64,000 bases of DNA, taken from an uncultured Actinomycetes bacterium (GTDB taxonomy: Bacteria > Actinomycetota > UBA4738 > HRBIN12). Shown piece by piece: positions 10,539 through 22,299 of the stretch. The stretch covers positions 230,949-294,948 of the forward strand of contig CAWGFM010000002.1 in NCBI GenBank assembly GCA_963821935.1. Reading direction: 5' to 3'. The translations under genes were made by a program, and so were the position numbers. Within the stretch, counting starts at the first letter, position 1; every line of letters starts with the position of its first letter. The notes beneath the pieces were generated by a model. It was not told the origin of the DNA. It was given only the letters and a program-made list of their open reading frames with translations, and made no database searches.

Positions 10539-11481
10539 GGGCACGGTGCCCGCGGAGCCCGGCGTGCCTCCCGAGTCGCTCCGTGTGGTCGATGCAGAGC
10601 AACTCCGGCGCGAGCTGACCTATCCGGTAGCGGTGGCCGCCCTGGAAGCGGCGTTCCGTGACCTCGACCCGGCAACGATCCTGGAGCGATCCCACGTCGA
10701 GACCCCAGCCGGGACGCTGCTCCTGATGCCGGCGGTGTCGCACGAGGCGGTGGGCGTCAAGCTCGTGACGATCTCGCCTGCGAACGCCCGAGCGGGACTG
10801 CCGACGATCCAGGCCTCCTACGTGGTCTTCGACGGGACGACGCAATCCGTGCGAGCGGTGTTGGACGGCTCCGCCCTCACGGCGATCCGCACCGCCGCCG
10901 TATCGGCACTGGCCACGGGCTACCTCGCCCCGGCCGAAGCATCTCGCCTCGTGGTCTTCGGCGCCGGTGTCCAGGCATCGGCGCACGTCGATGCGATGTG
11001 CGCGGTGCGCCCGATCGACGAGGTCGTGGTGGTGTCGAGGACGCGGGACACGGCACGCCGGCTGGCGGACCGGGTCGCGACCGGTGGGGGCATCCGAGCG
11101 CGGGTGGGCGAGCCGGCGGATGTCCGTGAGGCTCATGTGGTCTGCACGTGCACCACCAGCTCGACGCCGGTGTTCGACGGAACCCAGTTGGCCCCCGGCA
11201 CGCATGTGAACGCCGTCGGCACCTACACCACCGACGCTCGCGAGCTGGACGAGGCCGCCGTCTCGGAAGCCGGCATCGTCGTCGAGGATCGCGACGCCGC
11301 GGTGGCCGAGGCGGGTGACCTGGTCCTGGCGTTCGGCGACGTCACCGCCGAGCGGATCGACGCCGACCTGCGACAGCTGGTGCATGGCGCTTCGGTCGGG
11401 GGGCACCATTCGGTATTCAAGTCGGTGGGGCTCGCGATCGAGGACCTGGCCCTGGCGGGGGCCGGTTCCTGGGCCCGGTAG
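10528..11481 (+). CDS. Ornithine cyclodeaminase / mu-crystallin family protein
   Basis: GTG at 10528 overlaps the livF end. Rossmann motif VVFGAGVQASAHV. Length of 317 aa matches the ornithine cyclodeaminase family. Confidence 0.75.
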   Translation: MSSEGTVPAEPGVPPESLRVVDAEQLRRELTYPVAVAALEAAFRDLDPATILERSHVETPAGTLLLMPAVSHEAVGVKLVTISPANARAGLPTIQASYVVFDGTTQSVRAVLDGSALTAIRTAAVSALATGYLAPAEASRLVVFGAGVQASAHVDAMCAVRPIDEVVVVSRTRDTARRLADRVATGGGIRARVGEPADVREAHVVCTCTTSSTPVFDGTQLAPGTHVNAVGTYTTDARELDEAAVSEAGIVVEDRDAAVAEAGDLVLAFGDVTAERIDADLRQLVHGASVGGHHSVFKSVGLAIEDLALAGAGSWAR

Positions 11482-11490
11482 GGTCGGCCG

Positions 11491-12210
11491 ATGTTCAGCG
11501 TGCTGCCGGCGATCGATCTCACACACGGTCGTCTCGGCGAGTACACCCCCGACGGTCCTCGGCCGGTTCAGGACTTCGGGGGCGACCCGCTGGAGGCGGC
11601 TGCAACGCTCACTCGGCAGGGAGCGCGCTGGCTGCACGTGGTGGACATGGATCTGGCGTTCACCGGCGAAGCCACCGGAGCCGGCGTGATGACGTCGATC
11701 CACGCTGCACACCCGGACGTCTCCTTGCAGTGCAGCGGCGGCGTCCGCGACCGGGAGGAGATCGATCGCATGCTCGCGGCGGGGGCGTCTCGGGTGGTCG
11801 TCGCATCGTCCGCGCTGGCGGCCGAGCAGGCGCTCGCAGGCGTCATGGACGACCTGGGCGACCGGGTGGCCCTGGGCATCGAAGTCGCGAACGGACGCAT
11901 CCGGTCACGAGGCCGGGGTGGCGTCGACCTCGATCTGATGTCGAGCCTCGGGTGGCTCACCGCGGCCGGGGCACGCGGCTTCGTGGTCACCGCGCTCGCC
12001 CGGGTGGGCTCCAGGCAGGGCCCCGACGTGGATGTCATCAAGCGGGTCGCGCGCACCGGTGTGCCCACCATGGCCGCCGGGGGGATCGGGTCGCTGGCCG
12101 ATCTGGAGGCGGTCCACGCCGCCGGCGCCACCGGAGCGGTGGTGGGGCGGGCGGCCCTGGATGGATCGCTGGATCTGCGCGCGGCGTTCGCGTGGGCGGA
12201 GTCTCACTGA
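11491..12210 (+). CDS. priA: HisA/PriA-like (beta/alpha)8 phosphoribosyl isomerase located in the trp cluster; candidate TrpF-function enzyme
   Basis: The N-terminus MFSVLPAIDLTHGRL matches the HisA start, and SGGVRDREEIDRM plus the C-terminal GAVVGRAALDG glycine-rich phosphate-binding motifs fit HisA/PriA. Length 239 aa. It sits directly upstream of trpC-trpB-trpA with no trpF in the window. Confidence 0.7.
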   Translation: MFSVLPAIDLTHGRLGEYTPDGPRPVQDFGGDPLEAAATLTRQGARWLHVVDMDLAFTGEATGAGVMTSIHAAHPDVSLQCSGGVRDREEIDRMLAAGASRVVVASSALAAEQALAGVMDDLGDRVALGIEVANGRIRSRGRGGVDLDLMSSLGWLTAAGARGFVVTALARVGSRQGPDVDVIKRVARTGVPTMAAGGIGSLADLEAVHAAGATGAVVGRAALDGSLDLRAAFAWAESH

Positions 12211-12265
12211 GGGAGCGCCGCCCGACACCGAACGCACACGCGCACTGACTACACTTGGCGGCTCC

Positions 12266-13053
12266 ATGGGCTTCCTCACCGATCTCACGCTCCGTCTGCG
12301 CGATGACCTCGCGTGCGACCCGCTCGATGAGGGCGCACTCATGGCGCGGGCGGCAGCGCAGCCGCCCGCGCGCGACTTCGCAGCGGCACTGTCGGCTCGT
12401 GCGGGTATCCCCGCCGTCATCGCCGAGGTGAAGCGAGCCTCACCGTCGGTCGGAACCATCGCCGGGGGAGCGGACGCGACGTCCATGGCCAGCGCGTACG
12501 AGGCGGGCGGTGCGGCCGCGATCTCGGTCGTCACGGAGCCACACCATTTCCAGGGGTCGCTCACCGATCTCGACGCGGTCCGCGCCATGGTGGGGATCCC
12601 CGTGCTGCGCAAGGACTTCCTGGTGCATCCGGCGCAGGTGATCGAGGCGCGTGCTCACGGCGCCGACGCGATCCTGCTGATCGCCGCGTGCTGCTCCGAC
12701 GCCGAGCTCGCCTCGCTGCGCTCCATCGCCTCCGATCTCGGGCTGGGCGTCCTGCTGGAAACGCACAGCGACGACGATCTCGATCGGGCGCTGGACACGG
12801 ATGCCTCGGTGATCGGGGTGAACGCCCGCGACCTGGAAACGCTCGCGGTCGACGTCGATGCAGCCCTCGAGCGCATCGCTCGCATCGGACCCGGACGGGT
12901 CGCCGTCATGGAGAGCGGCGTCGCCGGCAGGGCCGACGTTCTGGCGGCCGCCTCGGCGGGTGCCGACGCCGTCCTGGTGGGCGAGGCGCTCATGCGCACG
13001 ACGGACCCTCGCGCGCTGCTCCACGATCTGACGATGCGAGAGGAGTCGATCCC

Positions 13054-13057
<4 letters not shown>
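12266..13057 (+). CDS. trpC: Indole-3-glycerol phosphate synthase TrpC
   Basis: ATG at 12266 (MGFLTDLTL). Conserved IAEVKRASPS and PVLRKDF regions. Length 263 aa. Confidence 0.9.
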
Positions 13058-14269
<1,212 letters not shown>

Positions 14270-14270
<1 letters not shown>

Positions 14271-15043
14271 TGGGTCTGCTCGAAACCACCCTGCGGGACG
14301 TGCGCGGGGCAGGCCATCGTGCGTTCGTGCCCTACCTCACGGGCGGGTTCCCGGGGGTCGACGTCTCGGTGCTGCAGGGTTTGCAGGCGGCTGGAGCCGA
14401 CGCCGTGGAGGTCGGCATCCCGTTCTCCGACCCGGTCATGGACGGCGGCGTGATCCAGGAGGCATCGCGCCGTTCCCTGGAGGCCGGTACCACGCCCGAC
14501 GATGTGTTCGCGCTGATCGACGAGGCCGGGCTGTCGATCCCGGTCGCCGTGATGACCTACGTGAACCCCGTGGTGCGGCTCGGGATCGAGGCGTTCCTCG
14601 ATCGCGCGCGAGACGCGGGCGTCAGCGGGATCATCGTCCCCGACGTGCCGGTGGACGAAGCCGATCAGCTGTGCGGCGAGGCCGCCGGCCGGGGGGTCGA
14701 TGCGGTCTTGCTGGCGGCTCCCGGATCCGCGCCGGAGCGTCTGGACGCCATCGCGGGTCGGTCCCACGGGTTCATCTACTGCGTGGCGACCTACGGCGTG
14801 ACCGGGGCCAGGGACGAGCTCTCCGACACGGCGCGATCCGTCGTCGAATCGCTCCGGCCACGCACCGACCTGCCGCTGCTGGCAGGCGTGGGGATCGCCA
14901 CCCCGGACCAGGCCGCCGACGCGTGCACGTTCGCGGACGGCGTGATCGTGGGGAGCGCCCTCATGAGCCCGATGGTCCAGGGCGAGCCCGACCGCATGCT
15001 CGAGCTGGCGGCTCGCTTCTTCGATGCCACCCGTGTCGGTTGA
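14270..15043 (+). CDS. trpA: Tryptophan synthase alpha chain TrpA
   Basis: ATG at 14270 overlaps the trp[32 protein letters not shown] and the G.G...PD motif GVGIATPDQ. Length 257 aa. Confidence 0.9.
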
Positions 15044-15045
15044 TC

Positions 15046-16374
15046 GTGGCGCGGACCGCTGCGATCCGGCGCGCCATCAGGAAGACGTCGCTGTTGCCGT
15101 TCGCATTCGTGCTGACTGCGTCCGCGTGTTTCGGGCCGGATGCGCAGGGTCCGCCGGATGGCGTGTCCGCGACGCCCGATCCGCTCGGCACGATCACGAT
15201 CGCGCCGGGTGAGCCGATCCAGCTGGGGATGATGCTGGAGGGCGCCTCCGGTCCCGGCTCCACGACCGGCCTCGACGCCGCCAGAGGCGTCCAGCTGGCC
15301 GTGGACTTCCTGGACGGTGCCTTCGATGGCGACCCGGGGCCCTTGCTCGATCACCCGGTGACGGTGACCGAGATGCCCGGGGGGTGCGAGTCGCGGCCTG
15401 ACGCCGGCGCTCCCGCGGATGCGGTTCCCGAGGAGCTGGTGGGCGTGATCGGGCCCGGATGTGCCCACGCGGTCTTGTCCGACGCCGCCGCCGGCCTCGC
15501 CGAACGCGGGGTGGTGATGATTTCGCCGACGGCGACCGAGGCCGATCTCACCGAGCCCGACACCCGGCCGGCGACGTTCTTCCGGACCGCGTACAACGAC
15601 CTCCTCGAAGGCGCCGCGGTGGCCGATTACGCCACAGGCGAACTGGAGGCGGCCAGGAGCGGGGTCGCCACCGACGAGGCGGGGACGACGGGGGCGGCGT
15701 CGTCCTTCCGAACCAGGTTCGAAGCCGACCAGGGGATCGTCGCCGTGGCAGGCACGCTGCAGGTGACCACCGACGTCACTCGTCTGATGCGGGCGATCGC
15801 GCTCGGACGCCCGGAGTTCGTCTACCTGGTGGGCCGGCGTTCGGAGTGTGCGGACGCCGCCCGAGAAGCTGCTGCGCTGCCATCGTTGCGGGGCGTGCCC
15901 GTGGTCGCGTCGGCCGGATGTTTCGACCCGGCGTTCGTGGTCGACCACGCGGCCTCGGTGCTGATGCACCTGTCCGGCCCCGACCTCACGGAACTCTCCG
16001 ACGACGACTTCTACCGCATGCAGTTCCTGACGGCCTACCAGGAGCAGTTCGGAACGATGCCGGTGGGTGCGTTCCATGCGCAGGCCTACGACGCCACGTT
16101 GATGCTGTTGGACGCGATCGATCGGGTCGCCGAACGACAGGACGACGGCACGCTCATGATCGGTCGCACCGCGCTGCTGGATGCGGTGTCCGCGACCAGC
16201 GGCGTGACCGGCATCTCGGGCACGATCACGTGCACGGAGTCCGGCGACTGCGCCCCCGAGGCCACGATCGCCGTGTTCCTGGTGCCGGAAGTGCCGGTGG
16301 ATGGAGGCGTCCCCGGCGCCGAGCCCGTCTTCACCGAGACGGTTGCCTTGGCCGATCTCCTGCCCGAATCGTGA
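15046..16374 (+). CDS. LivK-type (type-I binding-protein) amino-acid-binding lipoprotein, with no adjacent transporter genes (second paralogue)
   Basis: GTG at 15046, 3 nt after the trpA stop (alternative TTG at 15040). Signal peptide plus lipobox ...LLPFAFVLTASAC. The same C-terminal block as livK recurs (GTITCTESGDCAPEATIAVFLVPE...PVFTETVALADLL). Confidence 0.8.
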   Translation: MARTAAIRRAIRKTSLLPFAFVLTASACFGPDAQGPPDGVSATPDPLGTITIAPGEPIQLGMMLEGASGPGSTTGLDAARGVQLAVDFLDGAFDGDPGPLLDHPVTVTEMPGGCESRPDAGAPADAVPEELVGVIGPGCAHAVLSDAAAGLAERGVVMISPTATEADLTEPDTRPATFFRTAYNDLLEGAAVADYATGELEAARSGVATDEAGTTGAASSFRTRFEADQGIVAVAGTLQVTTDVTRLMRAIALGRPEFVYLVGRRSECADAAREAAALPSLRGVPVVASAGCFDPAFVVDHAASVLMHLSGPDLTELSDDDFYRMQFLTAYQEQFGTMPVGAFHAQAYDATLMLLDAIDRVAERQDDGTLMIGRTALLDAVSATSGVTGISGTITCTESGDCAPEATIAVFLVPEVPVDGGVPGAEPVFTETVALADLLPES

Positions 16375-16391
16375 ACGCCGCTCGAGGGACC

Positions 16392-16477
16392 GGTGCCGGG
16401 AGAGGGGGTCGAACCCTCACGAGCCGAAGCTCACGGGATTTTGAGTCCCGCGCGTCTGCCAGTTCCGCCATCCCGGC
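16392..16477 (-). tRNA. tRNA-Leu, anticodon CAA
   Basis: The reverse complement is GCCGGGATGGCGGAACTGGCAGACGCGCGGGACTCAAAATCCCGTGAGCTTCGGCTCGTGAGGGTTCGACCCCCTCTCCCGGCACC. It has a 7-bp acceptor stem GCCGGGA/TCCCGGC, anticodon stem CGGGA/TCCCG with loop CTCAAAA, a long class-II variable arm, and T-loop TTCGACC. Confidence 0.9.
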
Positions 16478-16504
16478 CGGAGCTCCATACGATAGCGGGC
16501 GCGG

Positions 16505-17657
16505 GTGGATCCCCAGTCGCCGCGGGCTGTTCCCGGTCCTGTTGGCGGGTGCCATGGCGCTGGCGGCCTGCTCGTCGCCAGGGGCCGGGGGAGGCGACCG
16601 GCCGCTCGTGCGCGTTGCCTTTCTGCAGGATCTTTCGATCCCCTCACACGTCGATCTGGTGTCGCCGTCGTTCCTGTCGTTCGACCTGGCACTCCATCGA
16701 TCCGTCGAGGAGGGCGGCATCGACGTCGAGATCGAGGTCGTCCAGATGGATACGGAAGGGGACGCCGAGCGCGCGCTGGAGTTCGCCGAGGAGGTCGTCG
16801 ACGATCCTTCCTACGTGGCGGCGGTCGTGGCGCCGTTCTGGTCCGAGCCGCCCCAGGTCGCCAGCGCGCTTGCGGGAGCGGGGGTGCCCACGTTCAGCCT
16901 GTCGCCGCAGAGTCCGTCGCCCGAGGTCGGCACCCAGGGCCTGTGGCGCCGGTTCGTGCCCGATGCCTCGCTGCAGGTGTCGGCGTTGGCGGACGCCGTC
17001 GAAGCGGGCATGAGCGGCGCCGTCGACGAGGCGCGAGGCGGACCGGTGTGCATCGGAGCGGAGGACTGGCCCGCATCGATCGACCTGCAGCGCGATCTCG
17101 ACGAGATCCTCGCTCCTGAGATCCCGCGCGTGCTGCTCAGCGAGGAGACCGTCGAGCCCGCTCTCGAGGACGAGGCCGGCTGCAGCCTGCTCGTATGGAC
17201 CGGAGCCCCGGAAGGCGCCGAAGCGGTGACGGCGGCACTGGGCGAGGCCGGAGCGGGATCGTCCGTGGACCTCGCGAGCGACGCGATGAAGACAGTGATC
17301 CCGCCCACGGTGCCCACGCACGAGGGCGAGGTGCCTCGGGTCCTGACGTGCCCGTGTGTCGACGTCACGACCGCACGCACCGAGGCAGCACGCCGATTCG
17401 TCAACGCCTACCAGGCGGAGAACGGCCTGGCCCCCGGGATCTATGCGGCCGAGGCGTGGGACGCCGCCACCGTGCTCGGGGGTGTGCTCACGACCGGAGC
17501 TCGCGATCGTGCCGCGGTCGCCGAGGGTCTCGCCGGCATCGAGTCAACCGTCGGCGTGGCCCGCAGCTACGCGTTCGATGAGGCCGGCGAGATGGTCGAT
17601 CCTCGCGTCGATCTGTACGCAGCAGCAGGATCTCGCTGGCTGCCGATCGCGGCCTGA
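16505..17657 (+). CDS. LivK-type amino-acid-binding lipoprotein (third paralogue); start uncertain, possibly a further 1-bp insertion right after the start codon
   Basis: The reading frame from about 16515 to 17657 encodes a periplasmic binding protein with lipobox LLAGAMALAAC. The in-frame starts are weak: TTG at 16542 or ATG at 16554 leave a signal peptide of only 4-10 residues. Alternatively, GTG at 16505 plus removal of one C from the CCCC run at 16511-16514 gives MDPSRRGLFPVLLAGAMALAAC, a textbook lipoprotein signal. Confidence 0.7.
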
Positions 17658-17819
17658 GCTGGTGGCCGATGGGATGCGAGGGGAATCCGTGGTCCCATCG
17701 TTCGCGTAGTCCTTCTGGGGGGTAGTTCGCCTCATGGCGTTGCTCGCATCGGCCCCCCGGCCTATAGTCCGGCCGATGGTAGGGGCGCGCGCGACCTGCG
17801 TCCCGGAAGGAGGAACTTG

Positions 17820-18731
17820 ATGCGGAAGTTCAAGCTTCGTTCGCTCGTCGCGCTGCTCGCGGTGCTCGCACTGACCGCCGCAGCTTGCGGGAGCGACGAT
17901 GAGCCGACCGTGAATGACGGTGGGGGAGGCGGCGGCGCGACGACGGGTGTCTGCGCGACCAACGACACCACGGGGGACCTGCTCGCCCAGATCTGTGAAG
18001 AAGGCGTGATCCGAGTTTCGACCGACCCCGCCTATCCGCCGCAGTCGTCGTTGAATCCCGAAACGCAGGAGTACGAGGGCTTCGACATCGACGTCGCGAC
18101 TGCGATCGCCGACAAGCTCGGCGTCACGATCGAGTGGGAGACCCCGAAGTGGGAATCCATCACGGCTGGCAATTGGCAAGGCCGTTGGGACATGAGCGTC
18201 GGTTCGATGACTGTGACCGAAGAGCGCTCCGAGGTCCTCGACTTCTCGCCCGCCTACTACTTCACCCCGGCTGCGGTGGCTGTTCCCGGCGACAGCGGCA
18301 TCACATCCTTCGACCAGCTCTCGGGGATGACCCTCGGCACGTGCGCCGGCTGCACGTACGATTTCTACCTGCAAGGCACACTCGAGATCCCCGGTTTCAC
18401 CTTCCCGGCCAACCCGATCTCGGACGCTGTCATCAAGGGTTTCGACACCGACTCGACGGCCATCCAGGCGTTGGAGTCGGGACAGGTGGACGCGGTGGTG
18501 TCGGCGCAGCCGACCTTGCAAGCCGCCATCGACAAAGGGCGCGACATGGTGCTAGTGGGTGAGCCGCTCTTCTACGAGCCGCTCTCCGTAGCGATCGACA
18601 AAGAGTCGGACCTCGATCAGGCTTCGCTGGTGACCGCCGTATCCTCGATCGTCGAGGAGCTGCACAGTGACGGGACACTGTCCGACCTCTCTATGGAGTG
18701 GTTCGGCGAGGACCTGACCGTCGAGCAGTGA
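17820..18731 (+). CDS. Polar amino-acid ABC transporter substrate-binding lipoprotein (family 3)
   Basis: RBS GGAAGGAGG lies 7 nt before the ATG. Signal peptide plus lipobox: MRKFKLRSLVALLAVLALTAAAC. Length 303 aa. Permease and ATPase genes follow. Confidence 0.85.
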   Translation: MRKFKLRSLVALLAVLALTAAACGSDDEPTVNDGGGGGGATTGVCATNDTTGDLLAQICEEGVIRVSTDPAYPPQSSLNPETQEYEGFDIDVATAIADKLGVTIEWETPKWESITAGNWQGRWDMSVGSMTVTEERSEVLDFSPAYYFTPAAVAVPGDSGITSFDQLSGMTLGTCAGCTYDFYLQGTLEIPGFTFPANPISDAVIKGFDTDSTAIQALESGQVDAVVSAQPTLQAAIDKGRDMVLVGEPLFYEPLSVAIDKESDLDQASLVTAVSSIVEELHSDGTLSDLSMEWFGEDLTVEQ

Positions 18732-18766
18732 TGCTTCGATGAGCAACATCCACGACGGGGGGCAAC

Positions 18767-19765
18767 GTGGCGATCAGTGAGACGGGGGCCGGGGCGACCC
18801 GGCCCCCCGCTCAACGACCGACCGGGCGCATGGAAGGACTGGCGCAGAGGAGCGCCGGCGTATCGTTCCGTCTGAAGGTGGCGATCGTCTGGATCGTGAT
18901 CTTCGTCATCCTGGGCTTCCTGTTCAACGCAGCGAAGTTCGACACGCAGTTCATGCGCGATCGCGCAGACTTCGTCCTGAAGGGCCTCACGTACACGGTC
19001 ATCATCGCGCTCGCAGGTATCGTTCTCGCCGTCTTCATGGCGCTGATCGGCTCCCTCGGGCGACTGTCTCGTAACCCGATCGCGTACGGCGTGTCTGGTT
19101 TCTACACATCCTTCTTCCGCGGAACGCCGTTGATCGTGCAACTCTTCTTGCTAGCGTTCGCATTGCCCGTTCTCGTCGGCAACCTCGGACTCTCCCAAGG
19201 GATCGAGAACCTGCTGACGCTCGACCCGTTCATCGTCGGGATCGTCGCCCTCGGCCTGAACTACGGCGCCTACATGACGGAGATCTTCCGCGCGGGCATA
19301 CAGTCGGTGAGTCACGGACAGTCCGAGGCCGCCGAGGCGCTCGGCATGACATATCGGCAGAAGATGAAGCGGGTGGTGCTTCCCCAAGCCTTCCGCGTGA
19401 TCATCCCGCCGACCGGCAATGAGTTCATCGCGATGATGAAGGACACGGCGCTGGTGAGCTTCATCGGTGTCTCGGTCGAGCAGTCTGAGGTGTTCCGCCG
19501 GGCCGTGCTCGTGGGTACTGCTGAGTTCAAGCCGGTGGAGGCATACCTGCTCGCAGCCGGTGTCTATTGGGCGCTGACGGCCGTATTCACGCTGTTCCAG
19601 AGCCGCCTCGAGCGCCGGATCAGCAAGGGTTACGTCCGGGGTGAGACTGGACGGAAGACGAAGGTCGTCAGTACGAGTGGTCAGGGAAGCTCGGGAGGCG
19701 ACATCGCCGCTGTCCTCGAGGAGGACGTCACTGGGGGACCTGAGATGCCGGGGCAGGGGCATTGA
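18767..19765 (+). CDS. Polar amino-acid ABC transporter permease (HisM/GlnP family)
   Basis: Signature [19 protein letters not shown]. Multi-TM. GTG at 18767 is preceded by GGGGGG; an alternative ATG lies at 18830. Confidence 0.82.
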   Translation: MAISETGAGATRPPAQRPTGRMEGLAQRSAGVSFRLKVAIVWIVIFVILGFLFNAAKFDTQFMRDRADFVLKGLTYTVIIALAGIVLAVFMALIGSLGRLSRNPIAYGVSGFYTSFFRGTPLIVQLFLLAFALPVLVGNLGLSQGIENLLTLDPFIVGIVALGLNYGAYMTEIFRAGIQSVSHGQSEAAEALGMTYRQKMKRVVLPQAFRVIIPPTGNEFIAMMKDTALVSFIGVSVEQSEVFRRAVLVGTAEFKPVEAYLLAAGVYWALTAVFTLFQSRLERRISKGYVRGETGRKTKVVSTSGQGSSGGDIAAVLEEDVTGGPEMPGQGH

Positions 19766-19770
19766 GCGCG

Positions 19771-20532
19771 ATGGCGAACGGCCAGGCCGTTGTGAGGGTC
19801 GAAGGGCTCCACAAGAGCTTCGGCAGCCTCGAGGTGCTGAAGGGCATCGACATGGAGGTCGACAAGGGCGAGGTCGTCGTCATCTTCGGTCGATCCGGGT
19901 CGGGCAAGAGCACCCTGCTGCGATGCATCAACTTCCTGGAAGACCCCACCGCGGGCTTGATTGAGGTGGCAGGCGTGCGGCTGCAAGGCGGGCACCGTAC
20001 GAGAGGCAAGCGTGAGCAGGTCCGCCAGCTTCGGATCAAGGCCGGCATGGTGTTCCAGCAGTTCAATCTGTTCCCCAACATGACCGTGATCAGGAACGTG
20101 ATCGAGGGTCCCGTCACTGTGAAGGGCATCCCCGAAGGTCAGGCGAAGTCGATCGGACTCGACCTCCTCGACAAGGTGGGGCTGGCCGACAAGGCTGACG
20201 AGTACCCGATCCGGCTCTCCGGTGGTCAGCAGCAGCGCGTGGCGATCGCGCGGGCGCTTGCTATGGAGCCGGAGGTCATGCTCTTCGATGAGCCGACCTC
20301 GGCGCTGGACCCCGAACTGATAGGTGAGGTGCTCACCGTCATGAAGTCACTCGCCACCGACATGCACATGACGATGATGGTGGTCACCCACGAGATGGGG
20401 TTCGCGCGCGAGGTGGCCAACCGGATGATGTTCTTCCACGAGGGCGTCATCTTGGAGCAGGGCACGCCCGACGAGATGATCAACCACACGAAGTATCCCG
20501 AGACCCGCAAGTTCTTCGAAGCGGTTCTCTAG
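19771..20532 (+). CDS. Polar amino-acid ABC transporter ATP-binding protein (GlnQ-like)
   Basis: Walker [27 protein letters not shown]. Walker [15 protein letters not shown] at 19771 (alternative TTG at 19762). Confidence 0.88.
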   Translation: MANGQAVVRVEGLHKSFGSLEVLKGIDMEVDKGEVVVIFGRSGSGKSTLLRCINFLEDPTAGLIEVAGVRLQGGHRTRGKREQVRQLRIKAGMVFQQFNLFPNMTVIRNVIEGPVTVKGIPEGQAKSIGLDLLDKVGLADKADEYPIRLSGGQQQRVAIARALAMEPEVMLFDEPTSALDPELIGEVLTVMKSLATDMHMTMMVVTHEMGFAREVANRMMFFHEGVILEQGTPDEMINHTKYPETRKFFEAVL

Positions 20533-20926
20533 TTCCCTCCAGCGGTCCTTCAGGGTCGGCGACCGGACCCGAAACCCTCGACCTGTCCTTGTGACCTGTG
20601 TGACTGGTGGGAAGTGAGACCGCGGCAGGGGCGTGAACCAGACGGAAATCGGCCTGGAAACAGATGACGGGCCGCGCCGCCCCTCGGGTTCGATCACGCC
20701 TTCCCCATACGTGATCGTCCCCTGTCGAGCGTCGCGGCCCGTCAAGCTGCGGTCCCGAGCGACTCGGCCGGTCCGGTTTCCCGTCCCTGCCCGCAGCCTC
20801 GCGGGACCTTGGCGAACGATAAACGCGAGGTTGAGACCTGTCAACTCCCGACCGTTCGCCGACCTCGTGCGACCGCCGAACATGCACGTCAGCGGCACTG
20901 TAGAAAGAGTGACAGGTCTGGCGGGA

Positions 20927-21367
20927 CTACTCCACGGTGAGCGTCGAGTACATCCCCTCGGCGTAGTGCTCCGGCAAATTGCAGATGATCGCGTAGGTGC
21001 CGGGATCGAGGGAGATCGGCAACTCCGCCTCCGAGCCCGGCGTCACGTCCTCGATCTCGTCGATCAACGTGAGGCCGGTCGTGTCGGCGACGTCGTCCTC
21101 CACGGGAAGCGCGGTGATGTCCACCTCGTCGGCCCCCGAGAAGACCTCGAATTCGTGCGTCGACGGGCCGGCGTTGGTGGCCCGGAAGGTCACCTCGCCC
21201 GAAGCCATGGTCTCGGGTGAGAGCTTCAGATCGAAATCGTTCAGTGCGACCTCCACCGTGGACTCGTCCGCGGCGGCCCCGTCGTCCCCGCCGCACGAGG
21301 ACGCCACGACCGTCAGGAGTGCGATCGGGAACAACCAGGCGACGCGGATCCAAGCGGTTCGTGACAT
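20927..21367 (-). CDS. Cupredoxin-like domain lipoprotein (EfeO N-terminal Cup-domain type)
   Basis: Lipobox LLTVVASSC. A cupredoxin ligand pattern of H-C-H-M (STHEFEV...ICNLPEHYAEGM). It lies immediately downstream of the FTR1 permease on the same strand. Confidence 0.7.
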   Translation of the reverse strand: MSRTAWIRVAWLFPIALLTVVASSCGGDDGAAADESTVEVALNDFDLKLSPETMASGEVTFRATNAGPSTHEFEVFSGADEVDITALPVEDDVADTTGLTLIDEIEDVTPGSEAELPISLDPGTYAIICNLPEHYAEGMYSTLTVE

Positions 21368-21398
21368 CGAGGGCTCCTTCGTTCGATCGGATGGGTTC

Positions 21399-22268
21399 TC
21401 AGACGGCGGACGAGCTGGACGGTTCGGGAACCGAGGACGCCGGCGCTCGCTCGACGCGCGCTCGTTGCGGACGGTGCGGCCACAGCACGTAGGCGCTCAT
21501 CGGGATGGCGTAGGCCAGCCAGACCACGACCTCGGCCACCGTGGGCACCGGCTGCAGACCGAGCATGCCGGTGAGCAACGCGGCCCGGACGCTGCCGGGG
21601 TCGACGAGCCACGAGAGGTTGAAGGCCGAATCCTGGAGCTGTGTGACGACCCCAGCCTCGGCCAGGGAGTGCACGGCGCTGGCGAGCAACCCGGCGGCCA
21701 CCAGCACCAACACGAAGCCGGTCACCTGGAAGAAGCGGCCGAGGTTGATGCGAACGCCGCCGCGATAGATCCCGTAGCCCAGCACGACCGCCACGACCAC
21801 GCCGAGCACGGCTCCCAGGCCGGTCGCCGTGGCGTTGGAGGAGCTCTGGAAGGCCGCCAGCATGAAGATCGCCGTCTCCATGCCTTCGCGGATCACGGCG
21901 AAGAAGGCCATGCCCACGAGCGCGAGGGTCGAGCCTGCCACCAACGCGTCGGCAGCGTTGCGCTCGAGATGGCCCTTCAGCTCGCGCGCGTGGCGCCGCA
22001 TCCACACGATCATGTAGGTGACGCCTGCCACGGCGATGAGGGCGAGCACCCCCTCCATGATCTCCCGCTCCTTGAAGGGCAGGTTCTCGTTGAGGACTCC
22101 CAGGATCACCGCCACGACCGCGCAGATCGCGAGGGCGGCGCCGACGCCCAACCACATGGAACGGATGGCCTTGCGTTCGTTCCGCTGGGTCAGGAACGCG
22201 GCGATGATGCCGACGATCAGGGCAGCTTCTACGCCCTCACGAAGGCCGATGACGAACGTGGGCAGCAT
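21399..22268 (-). CDS. efeU: FTR1-family high-affinity iron permease (EfeU-like)
   Basis: ATG at 22268 (MLPTFVIGLREGVEAALIV, an RExxE motif) is preceded by GGAGGGGAG. A second REGMET motif follows. Multi-TM, 289 aa. The ORF track's longer N-terminus lacks an RBS. Confidence 0.8.
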   Translation of the reverse strand: MLPTFVIGLREGVEAALIVGIIAAFLTQRNERKAIRSMWLGVGAALAICAVVAVILGVLNENLPFKEREIMEGVLALIAVAGVTYMIVWMRRHARELKGHLERNAADALVAGSTLALVGMAFFAVIREGMETAIFMLAAFQSSSNATATGLGAVLGVVVAVVLGYGIYRGGVRINLGRFFQVTGFVLVLVAAGLLASAVHSLAEAGVVTQLQDSAFNLSWLVDPGSVRAALLTGMLGLQPVPTVAEVVVWLAYAIPMSAYVLWPHRPQRARVERAPASSVPEPSSSSAV

Positions 22269-22299
22269 CCGTGCGTTCTCCCCTCCACATCTCGCGGTA

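Noticed and set aside
15459-17657. 732-aa plus-strand ORF
   Set aside because: Its first roughly 1040 nt are out of frame with the real second binding-protein gene, and it then reads through a tRNA-Leu gene. Only the part from about 16505 onward is a real coding sequence.
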